11,555 nucleotides of DNA from a bacterium (lineage in GTDB: Bacteria; Acidobacteriota; Blastocatellia; HR10): the NCBI GenBank assembly GCA_041640655.1, contig JBEPZV010000068.1, positions 1-11,555 of the forward strand, in the 5' to 3' direction. Both the position numbers and the translations under genes were made by a program. A model generated the notes under the pieces. It was not told the DNA's origin, did not search any database, and saw only the letters and a list, made by a program, of their open reading frames with translations. This document shows, piece by piece, positions 1 through 6,420 of this stretch (its first letter is position 1; every line of letters begins with the position of its first letter).

Positions 1-461
1 CCATCCGCATAATCCCCCGCGATGGCGCGCACGCGCAGTCCCGGATAGTCGCGCACCAGGCCGCGGGCGCTCTCCTCCAACATCTCGCGCGAGATGTCCA
101 CGGGCACATAGAGCAGCGCGCCCTGACGGCGGAGGAGCGCCGCGATGAGCAGACGCGTTTTGGTCGCGCTCCCGCTCCCCAGCTCCACAAGCGTGATCGG
201 ATCGGACATGCGCTCGCCGAAGCCGCGTGCGAGAATCTCCCCGGCATGGGCTTCCAGGATGGCGCGCTCAGCCCGCGTCAGATAGTACTCGGGCAGCGCG
301 CAGATCGCCTCAAACAGGAGCGATCCCTCGCGATCGTAGAAGTACCGACAGGGAAGGTGCTTGGGAGAGGCCGTCAGGCCCTCGCGCACATCGCGAGCGA
401 ATTCCGCCAGGTGGTCATCCGGGGTCGCGCGAATCAACTCGAATCGGTGCTCCTCATCCAT
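1..461 (-). CDS. egtD: L-histidine N-alpha-methyltransferase (hercynine synthase), 3'-truncated by the window edge
   Basis: Not in the ORF track; translated by hand from the ATG at 461: MDEEHRFELIRATPDDHLAEFARDVREGLTASPKHLPCRYFYDREGSLLFEAICALPEYYLTRAERAIL...LVELGSGSATKTRLL...YVPVDIS...AIAGDY. The K-x-LP-xx-YFYD-xx-GS-x-LF, LPEYYLTR-x-E and SAM-binding ELGSGS-xx-KT motifs are typical of EgtD. The start overlaps the senB stop (ATGGATGA). Confidence 0.95.
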   Translation of the reverse strand, partial: MDEEHRFELIRATPDDHLAEFARDVREGLTASPKHLPCRYFYDREGSLLFEAICALPEYYLTRAERAILEAHAGEILARGFGERMSDPITLVELGSGSATKTRLLIAALLRRQGALLYVPVDISREMLEESARGLVRDYPGLRVRAIAGDYAD

Positions 462-1425
462 GGGCGCTCTCCACCGCGCGAAGCTCTTGGAGCAGCGCGC
501 GCCAGCCACGGCGCTCGCGCGCTGGGGAGACGAGCGGTCGCAACCGCCGGATGTGCGCGCGCAACGCCGCGCGAAAATCGCGATCCGTCTCCGCGCGCCA
601 CAGCAGCGCGGCGAGCGCTTCCGTATCTCCGACCGGGAAATAGCCCGGATACTCCGGCCCCAAAATCCCCACCGATCCCGGAATGCGCGTCGCGAGGATC
701 GGCACCGAAGCGGCGAGCGCTTCAGAGAGGACATTCGCTCCCCCCTCCATCCGCGAGGAGAGTACCAACAGACGGCTGCGCGCCAGAAGGCGAAGCGCGC
801 GACCGTGCGGCTGCTCGCCCAGCCACCGATAGCGCGGATTCACCGCCATCTCCGCGCGCGCGGCTTCCGCCCATTCGGCTTCCAACGCCGCTCCGACGTG
901 CGTGATGCGAATGCGCGAGGCCGACGGCAGATACCGCGCCGCCCACGCCGCGCGAAGCGGATCCTTCACCGCGCGAAGATTGGCGATGACGCAGACCTCG
1001 AAGACGCGACGAAGCGGGACGATGCGCCCTCGAGGCCGCTCGGCCGATTGATAGAGGACGCGCGCCTTGGCCCGCAGCGATTCCGAGAGCTCGGCCACCC
1101 CCTCCGGTTGCAACAGGACGATGCGCGTGGCCAATTCCAGCGAACGTTTCACCTCTGGGGATGCGCGCAGGTCCTCATAAAGGTCCGTGCCCGTGAGTGC
1201 GACGATCAGAGGACGCTCCGGATGCGCGCGCCGGAAGCGCTCCACGGCGCCCGCGCTCCGACGCGCGTGCAAAGCGATGAGCAGATCGCACGGCTCGTCG
1301 CGATAATCCTCCCGAATCACCACGCGATGACCGAACGCGCGCAACAAGCGCGCCCACCGACACGCCGTCGTGCGATTGCCCGTCTGTCGAGCCGAAGCCG
1401 CGGGCGTGACCAGACAGATCCTCAT
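454..1425 (-). CDS. senB: Selenosugar synthase SenB-like GT-B glycosyltransferase (TIGR04348-type), ~323 aa
   Basis: Motifs MRICLVTPA...GNRTTACRW, LIALHARRS, LTGTDLY, VLYQS, LRAVKDP, SSRMEGGANVLSEA and YPGYFPVGD match the SenB family as I recall it. The ATG at 1425 overlaps the senA stop (ATGA). The ORF-track start at 1563 lies inside senA and is not credible. Confidence 0.9.
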   Translation of the reverse strand: MRICLVTPAASARQTGNRTTACRWARLLRAFGHRVVIREDYRDEPCDLLIALHARRSAGAVERFRRAHPERPLIVALTGTDLYEDLRASPEVKRSLELATRIVLLQPEGVAELSESLRAKARVLYQSAERPRGRIVPLRRVFEVCVIANLRAVKDPLRAAWAARYLPSASRIRITHVGAALEAEWAEAARAEMAVNPRYRWLGEQPHGRALRLLARSRLLVLSSRMEGGANVLSEALAASVPILATRIPGSVGILGPEYPGYFPVGDTEALAALLWRAETDRDFRAALRAHIRRLRPLVSPARERRGWRALLQELRAVESAHG

Positions 1426-2759
1426 CGCGAGAGGGCGCACGTACGAAAGCCCGCCCAGACGTCGCGCCGATCCGGGCGATAGAAGTTCCGCCACGTGTTG
1501 CGCAAGAGCCGACCGCGCGTGACCCAACATCCCCCACGCAATACCTTGTGATCCCCGAACCACGGTTGCGAGTACTCCTTGTACGGATCAGGGACGAACC
1601 CCGGGTAAGGGAGGAAATCGCTGCTGGTCCACTCCCACACGTTGCCGATCATCTGGCGACACCCGAAAGCGCTCTCGCCCGCCGCCAGCGCGCCCACATC
1701 CACGCATCCCATCGCGCGCCAATCCAGATTCGCTCGCTCCGGCGTCGGCGGCTCATCGCCCCATGGGAATCGTCGCTTTCGCCCGGCCAAGCGTGCCCCC
1801 GAGGCATCCGGCTCGCCCGCGGCGGCGACCTCCCACTCCCATTCGGTCGGCAACCGGCGCCCCGCCCATCGGCAATAGGCCTCGGCCTCGTACCAATTCA
1901 CGTGGATCACCGGACGATGCGGCTCCAGCGGTACCCATTGATCGAAATGGCGGCGCCACCATCGCCCCGGAGCCTCGCGCCGCCAATAGACCGGATGCTC
2001 GGCGCCCACGCGCTCGCGCCATTGCCATCCGGCCTCGCTCCACCACTCCCGCCGACGATACCCCCCATCGTCCACGAAGGCCGCGAACTCGGCTTGTGTG
2101 ACCGGAGCCCGCGCCATGACGAAGGGACGCACCGACACCGGATGCGCCCACTTCTCGTTATCGAAGACGAAGGGCTCATCAGGCGTCGCCCCCAGCCAGA
2201 ACGTCCCCCCCGGAATCTCGACATCCCCGGGAAGCGGCCCCCCTTCGGCGGAGATCGCCGAGGTCTCGACGACGAGAGAGAGCTTCGGCGGCGGATACCC
2301 GAGCGTCTGCCGCGTGTAGGTGATCGCCTCCGTGTGCATGTCCTCGTGAAACACTGAGAGACAGACGAAATAGGCCAGCTCCGGTGTCAGCTCCGATCGC
2401 TCCAATACCTCCAGCACGCGATCGCGCACCTCGCGCATGTAGGTGAGCGTCTGCTCGCGCGAGGGGAGCGGCAGCCGCCACCGCTCATCATGCGGGATGG
2501 CGATGGAGTCCCACAGCGCATCGGCATCGGGGCGAATCGGCTCACGCCCGAGCGCGTGTCGCAACACCCATTTCTCCTGAAACCAGGCGACGTGCCCGAT
2601 CTCCCACAGCAGCGGATTGATGATCGGCAGCAGGGGACCGATCATCTGCTCATCTGTCAGATCCGCGACAAGCTCAAACGTGCACCGGCGCGCATCGCGA
2701 ACCCATTCGCTCAATGTCCGCGCCGAGAAGACCGTCGTGTCCGCTCGAACCATCATCAT
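1422..2759 (-). CDS. senA: Selenoneine synthase SenA (EgtB-like non-heme iron selenoxide synthase; DinB + FGE-sulfatase domains), ~445 aa
   Basis: INPLLWEIGHVAWFQE and the iron-binding H-x3-H-x-E motif (HEDMHTE). FGE-like motifs FDNE, PVIHVNWYEAEAYCRWAGRRLPTEWEWE, GNVWEWT, YKEYSQPWF, VLRGG and RNFY...GFRTC. It is adjacent to senB. The start is one of three tandem ATGs (2759/2756/2753) after GGGGTGAG. Confidence 0.88.
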   Translation of the reverse strand: MMMVRADTTVFSARTLSEWVRDARRCTFELVADLTDEQMIGPLLPIINPLLWEIGHVAWFQEKWVLRHALGREPIRPDADALWDSIAIPHDERWRLPLPSREQTLTYMREVRDRVLEVLERSELTPELAYFVCLSVFHEDMHTEAITYTRQTLGYPPPKLSLVVETSAISAEGGPLPGDVEIPGGTFWLGATPDEPFVFDNEKWAHPVSVRPFVMARAPVTQAEFAAFVDDGGYRRREWWSEAGWQWRERVGAEHPVYWRREAPGRWWRRHFDQWVPLEPHRPVIHVNWYEAEAYCRWAGRRLPTEWEWEVAAAGEPDASGARLAGRKRRFPWGDEPPTPERANLDWRAMGCVDVGALAAGESAFGCRQMIGNVWEWTSSDFLPYPGFVPDPYKEYSQPWFGDHKVLRGGCWVTRGRLLRNTWRNFYRPDRRDVWAGFRTCALSR

Positions 2760-2779
2760 CTCACCCCGCCGCTTCCCCC

Positions 2780-2809
2780 AGTCTATGAGAGCGCGCTTCG
2801 TCCTGTCAA
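2780..2809 (-). promoter_or_regulatory. Putative sigma70-type promoter of the senA-senB-egtD operon
   Basis: Minus strand TTGACA (2809-2804), 18 nt spacer, TAGACT (2785-2780); ends 20 nt upstream of the first senA ATG. Confidence 0.7.
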
Positions 2810-3158
2810 CGCTCATCTGGATCCGCGCCCCGACGCAAAGACGTCCAAGATGACCGAGAGCCAAGGTCTCATTCCGCTGGAGCTGAGGATGACCCGCGAG
2901 CGCGTCATCGGCATGGTCATCACTCCGCACATGAGCGCCAGGGCGATGCGCGCTTCCCCCTTGTGGATGCGGCCCAACGGAAGTGAGCGCGGGACCCTCT
3001 CCCGGAATGTCATGGAGGAGCGCGGGCTCGCACGTCTTGGCTGTCGCCGGATGTCCACAGCAGATGTAGCGCGCGCGCCACAAGGGCCAGGGCGCACGAT
3101 CACACCCTCAGATGGGCAAGACGTGGAATGGCCGAGGGTTATGTCGAGCGCGCCGCTT

Positions 3159-3175
3159 GGGCACGCCGTTTGCAT
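3159..3175 (+). promoter_or_regulatory. Putative sigma54 (RpoN) -24/-12 promoter of lpxC
   Basis: GGGCACGCCGTTTGCAT versus consensus TGGCACG-N4-TTGCW. GG (3160-3161) and GC (3172-3173) are exactly 10 nt apart. Confidence 0.72.
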
Positions 3176-3188
3176 ATCTCCTTCATCT

Positions 3189-4076
3189 ATGCGTTCACTG
3201 CAGCGAACGCTGGCGCGCCCGGTGGAGATCGAGGGGATCGGGCTTCACACCGGCGTGCGTACCCGCTTGAGGCTGTGCCCGGCGCCGGCCTACACGGGGC
3301 TGCTCTTCCGTCGCACCGACCTGGATGGTTTCGAGATCCCGGCATCGCCTCAATACGTGGCTCGCGTCAGCTATGCGACGGCTCTGGTGCGCGCCGGGGT
3401 CATGGTCGCGACGGTCGAGCACCTGCTGGCCGCCCTCTATGCCTGCGGCGTAGATAATGCGATCATCGAGATGAACAACCTGGAGGTCCCCATCCTCGAT
3501 GGCAGCGCGGCCCCCTTCGTCCAGATGCTCGCGCGCGCGGGGCTGCGGACATCGGATGCCCCCCGACATTATGTGCGCGTCCGCAAGCCGATCCAGATTG
3601 GGGATGCGCATCAGCGAATCCTGCTCTCCCCCGATCCGGCTTTCCGCGTGAGCTGTGTGATCGAATTCCCCCACCCCATGATCGGACGGCAACAACGGGA
3701 GCTGGTCGTCACCGAAGAGACGTTCGTCGAAGAGCTGGCTCCGGCGCGCACGTTCGGATTCCTCGAAGACGTGGAGACCCTGCGCCAGAAGGGCTTGATT
3801 CGGGGGGGCTCGCTCCAGAACGCCATCGTCCTGGATCGCGTGGGCCTCCTCAATCCGGAAGGGTTGCGATTCCCCGACGAATTCGTGCGCCACAAGATCG
3901 TGGATCTGATCGGCGACCTCGCGCTCATCGGACATCCGCTCCTCGCGCGCGTGGAGGCGTGGCGCCCCGGCCACGCTCTGAACACAACGGCTGTCGCTGC
4001 TCTCTTGCGCGATCCCGAAGCGTGGGAGCTTGTGGCGCCGTCCTCGACCCGGATGGCCGAACCCGTCACCCCCTAG
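3189..4076 (+). CDS. lpxC: UDP-3-O-acyl-N-acetylglucosamine deacetylase LpxC, ~295 aa
   Basis: QRTL...GIGLHTG, TVEHLLAAL, EVPILDGSA, LAPARTFGF, GGSLQNAIV, LRFPDEFVRHKIVDLIGDL (zinc motif) and GHALN. Homology begins at the ATG at 3189; the ORF-track extension to 2490 is spurious. Confidence 0.97.
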   Translation: MRSLQRTLARPVEIEGIGLHTGVRTRLRLCPAPAYTGLLFRRTDLDGFEIPASPQYVARVSYATALVRAGVMVATVEHLLAALYACGVDNAIIEMNNLEVPILDGSAAPFVQMLARAGLRTSDAPRHYVRVRKPIQIGDAHQRILLSPDPAFRVSCVIEFPHPMIGRQQRELVVTEETFVEELAPARTFGFLEDVETLRQKGLIRGGSLQNAIVLDRVGLLNPEGLRFPDEFVRHKIVDLIGDLALIGHPLLARVEAWRPGHALNTTAVAALLRDPEAWELVAPSSTRMAEPVTP

Positions 4077-4093
4077 CCGCGCGAGGCCAAGGG
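4070..4093 (-). terminator. Stem-loop between convergent lpxC and kinase gene ends; possible terminator or 3' stabiliser
   Basis: The minus-strand RNA CCCUUGGCC-UCGCGC-GGCUAGGGG forms 9 bp (two G-U pairs) starting 1 nt after the kinase stop codon. There is no U-tract. Confidence 0.3.
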
Positions 4094-4094
4094 T

Positions 4095-6188
4095 TCAACT
4101 CAAAAGCGAGCGCACGGTGCGAATCAACTCCTCGATTTGATAGGGCTTTTGCAAGAACCGCACGCCGGGGCGCATCGGAACGCGCGGCCCCAAGTCCTCC
4201 AAGTTATAGCCGCTGCAGAGAACGACCTTCACCTCAGGGTTCAGGTGGATCAATTGCTCATAGCACGCCAGGCCACCCATTCGGGGCATCGTCACATCGA
4301 GGATGACCAGCGCGATCTCCCCTTGCTGCTCTCGATAGATCTCCAGCGCTTCGGCACCGTCCGAGGCCAAGAGCACATCATAGCCATGACGCGCGAGGAT
4401 GAGCGTAGCGACGCGCCGCACGGCTGGCTCATCGTCCACGAGGAGGATCTTCGGGCGAGCGCGCACCGACTCTCCTGAGCGCTCGCCCGCGGGAGCCTCT
4501 GTCGCCGCCGGGAAGTACAGGGCGAACGTCGTTCCCTGCCCCAATCGGCTCTCGACCTCAATGAATCCGCCAGCACCGCGCACGATGCCGTAGACGACCG
4601 CCAATCCCAACCCCGTTCCTTTTCCCACCTCCTTCGTCGTGTAAAACGGATCGAAGATGCGCGGGATGTGCTCTGGCGCTATTCCCACGCCGGTATCGGA
4701 GACCCGCACCACCACATACGCGCCAGCGAGAATCTCGCCCGCCCGCACACGCGGATGATCCGCCGAGAGCACCGCGTGCCCCGTCCGCAGCGTCAACTGT
4801 CCCCCCTCGGGCATCGCATCGCGCGCGTTCACGCAGAGATTCATGAGCGCCTGCTCTAACTGCGCGGGATTGATGCGGACGGGTCGCACATCCGAAGCCA
4901 GCTCCGTCCGAATGTGAATGCTCGCATCGAAGGAGCCGCGAAGCAACCGCGCGAGGCGCTCCACGACCTCGTTCACATCCACCGGGACAGGCGGGGCCGC
5001 CGAAGGGCGACTGAAGAGCAACAGCTGCGACGTCAGCTCAGCCGCTCGCTGTGCCGCCTGCTCGATCGCCTGCACCGATGGGCGCGCCGGATCCTCCGGT
5101 CGCAATTGAGCCAGAAGCAGCGACGCGTAGCCGAGAATCACCGTGAGTAGGTTGTTGAAGTTATGGGCGACCCCCGCGGCCAGCGTGCCCACGCTCTCCA
5201 TCCGCTGCGCCTGCAGCAGTTGCTGCTGCAGCTGACGCCGATCGGTGATGTCAATGAGCAAGCCCTCATAGTAGAGCACCCGCCCTCCGGCGTCGGTCAC
5301 CGCGCGCGCATATTCCTGAACGAAGATGCGCCCTCCATCTTTGCGACGCAGCTCGAATTCGGCTCCGTCCAGCCGCCCGGTGCGCTGCAGGAGCTCCATG
5401 TTCTTGCGGCGCTCGGAGACATCCACGTACAGATCGCGCTCGATGTCCGCGCGCAACAGCTCCTCCACCGACTCGTATCCGAGCATGCGCGCCAGTGCCG
5501 GATTCGCCACGAGGATACGCCCCTCGGGCGTGCTCTGGTAAATCCCCACGACGGCATTCTCGAAGATGCTGCGGTAGCGCTCCTCCAGTTGCCGCGCTTG
5601 CTGATAGAGCTCGGCGTGCCGGAGCGCAAGCCCCACCTGATGGCTGACGGCGCGGACCAGCTCGATCTCCTCCACGCTCCAAACCCGCGTTCGACCCATC
5701 ATCGTGAACCAGAGGACGGCCAAGAAGCGCTCCGCGCGAACGATCGGGGCGTAAAGGACCGAGCGCACGCCCAGAGACCGATACTGCGTCAGGATCGGAC
5801 GGGCCAGTGGATGCGTCTCCACATCGGAGATGGCCAACACCCCCTCGCGCCGTCCGACCTCGACAAGAGGCGCATAATCCGAGAGCCGATACGACGGCTG
5901 AGCCCCGGGAACGCCCGGCTTGCAGTACTCATGGACGGGCTCGACCAGATCCCGCTCCTCCTCGATCCGGGCGAAGACCGCTCGATCCACATCGAGAAAC
6001 CGCGCCAGCTCTTCCAGAGAACACCGCGCGATCTCCGACACATCGAACGATTCGTAGATCTGCGCGATGAGGCGTTGCAGGAGCGCCTCTCGCGCGGCCG
6101 CACGACGCATCTGCGCGTAGATCTCCTCCAGATGAGCGGCGTTCACCAGATGCGTCCGCTCAGAAGGCGATGGAGACTCGCTGGACAT
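4095..6188 (-). CDS. Cytoplasmic hybrid sensor histidine kinase/response regulator (GAF-PAS-HisKA-HATPase-REC), ~697 aa
   Basis: GAF (DVDRAV...SVLYAPI...WSVEEIELVRAVSHQ), PAS/PAC (YRSIFENAVVGIY...ANPAL...RRKDG...DITDR), H-box (AGVAHNFNNLL), N box (NLCVNARDAM), G1/F/G2 (DTGVGI, FDPFYTTK, GTGLGL) and REC (LLVDDE, LDVTMPRMGG, CSGY, LQKPY). The ATG at 6188 has an AGAGG SD-like element upstream. No transmembrane segment is apparent. Confidence 0.93.
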   Translation of the reverse strand: MSSESPSPSERTHLVNAAHLEEIYAQMRRAAAREALLQRLIAQIYESFDVSEIARCSLEELARFLDVDRAVFARIEEERDLVEPVHEYCKPGVPGAQPSYRLSDYAPLVEVGRREGVLAISDVETHPLARPILTQYRSLGVRSVLYAPIVRAERFLAVLWFTMMGRTRVWSVEEIELVRAVSHQVGLALRHAELYQQARQLEERYRSIFENAVVGIYQSTPEGRILVANPALARMLGYESVEELLRADIERDLYVDVSERRKNMELLQRTGRLDGAEFELRRKDGGRIFVQEYARAVTDAGGRVLYYEGLLIDITDRRQLQQQLLQAQRMESVGTLAAGVAHNFNNLLTVILGYASLLLAQLRPEDPARPSVQAIEQAAQRAAELTSQLLLFSRPSAAPPVPVDVNEVVERLARLLRGSFDASIHIRTELASDVRPVRINPAQLEQALMNLCVNARDAMPEGGQLTLRTGHAVLSADHPRVRAGEILAGAYVVVRVSDTGVGIAPEHIPRIFDPFYTTKEVGKGTGLGLAVVYGIVRGAGGFIEVESRLGQGTTFALYFPAATEAPAGERSGESVRARPKILLVDDEPAVRRVATLILARHGYDVLLASDGAEALEIYREQQGEIALVILDVTMPRMGGLACYEQLIHLNPEVKVVLCSGYNLEDLGPRVPMRPGVRFLQKPYQIEELIRTVRSLLS

Positions 6189-6248
6189 CTGTTCCTCTTC
6201 TCTCACACGCCGCAAAGCTCGGCACAGGTCATCTCCGGAAACCAACAA

Positions 6249-6278
6249 ACTTTATTCCAACCACGAGAGGCCTGTCAA
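6249..6278 (-). promoter_or_regulatory. Putative sigma70-type promoter of the hybrid kinase
   Basis: Minus strand TTGACA (6278-6273), 18 nt spacer, TAAAGT (6254-6249). Confidence 0.6.
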
Positions 6279-6331
6279 GGCGAAGAGGGGCGCACAGTCC
6301 GTGCGCCTTCGGCCCGCTGGCGATGCCCCTT

Positions 6332-6360
6332 TTGACTTTCCCCACCGCATCGGATATGGT
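6332..6360 (+). promoter_or_regulatory. Putative sigma70-type promoter of the permease
   Basis: TTGACT (6332-6337), 17 nt spacer, TATGGT (6355-6360); 60 nt before the ATG at 6421. Confidence 0.6.
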
Positions 6361-6420
6361 TTTGGGCTTCGCTGAAGGTGCGATCAGAAGTCTTGAGGCA
6401 ATCGGGCGAGCGCGAGGAAG

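Noticed and set aside
227..2357. Plus-strand ORFs antisense to egtD, senB and senA
   Set aside because: Shadow frames of well-supported minus-strand genes.
2832..2845. GACGCAAAG resembling the c-di-GMP-I riboswitch core
   Set aside because: The upstream GGCAAACC/GAAA stem and the downstream receptor stem are missing, and it points away from senA and lies upstream of the lpxC promoter.
2760..3083. 108-codon N-terminal extension of senA given by the ORF track
   Set aside because: It has no protein-like composition, and a good promoter and SD-like sequence lie inside it just before the ATG triplet.
2813..3175. 120-aa minus-strand ORF preceded by AAGGAG
   Set aside because: The SD is only 2 nt from the ATG, the start overlaps the sigma54 box, and the translation shows no recognisable motif. 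Not strictly excluded.
2490..3188. 233-codon N-terminal extension of lpxC
   Set aside because: It overlaps senA antisense; LpxC similarity starts at 3189; long open frames are common at this GC content.
4070..4097. UGA followed by a hairpin at the kinase 3' end as a possible SECIS/selenocysteine read-through
   Set aside because: The receiver domain is already complete, and read-through would run antisense through lpxC with no Cys/Sec-type motif. The UGA stops of senA and senB are explained by start/stop overlaps. No tRNA-Sec or selenoprotein is seen.
5600..6060. Kinase GAF domain as a bilin-binding cyanobacteriochrome or phytochrome
   Set aside because: It lacks the CH chromophore-attachment motif and the DIP/DxCF-type Asp motif.
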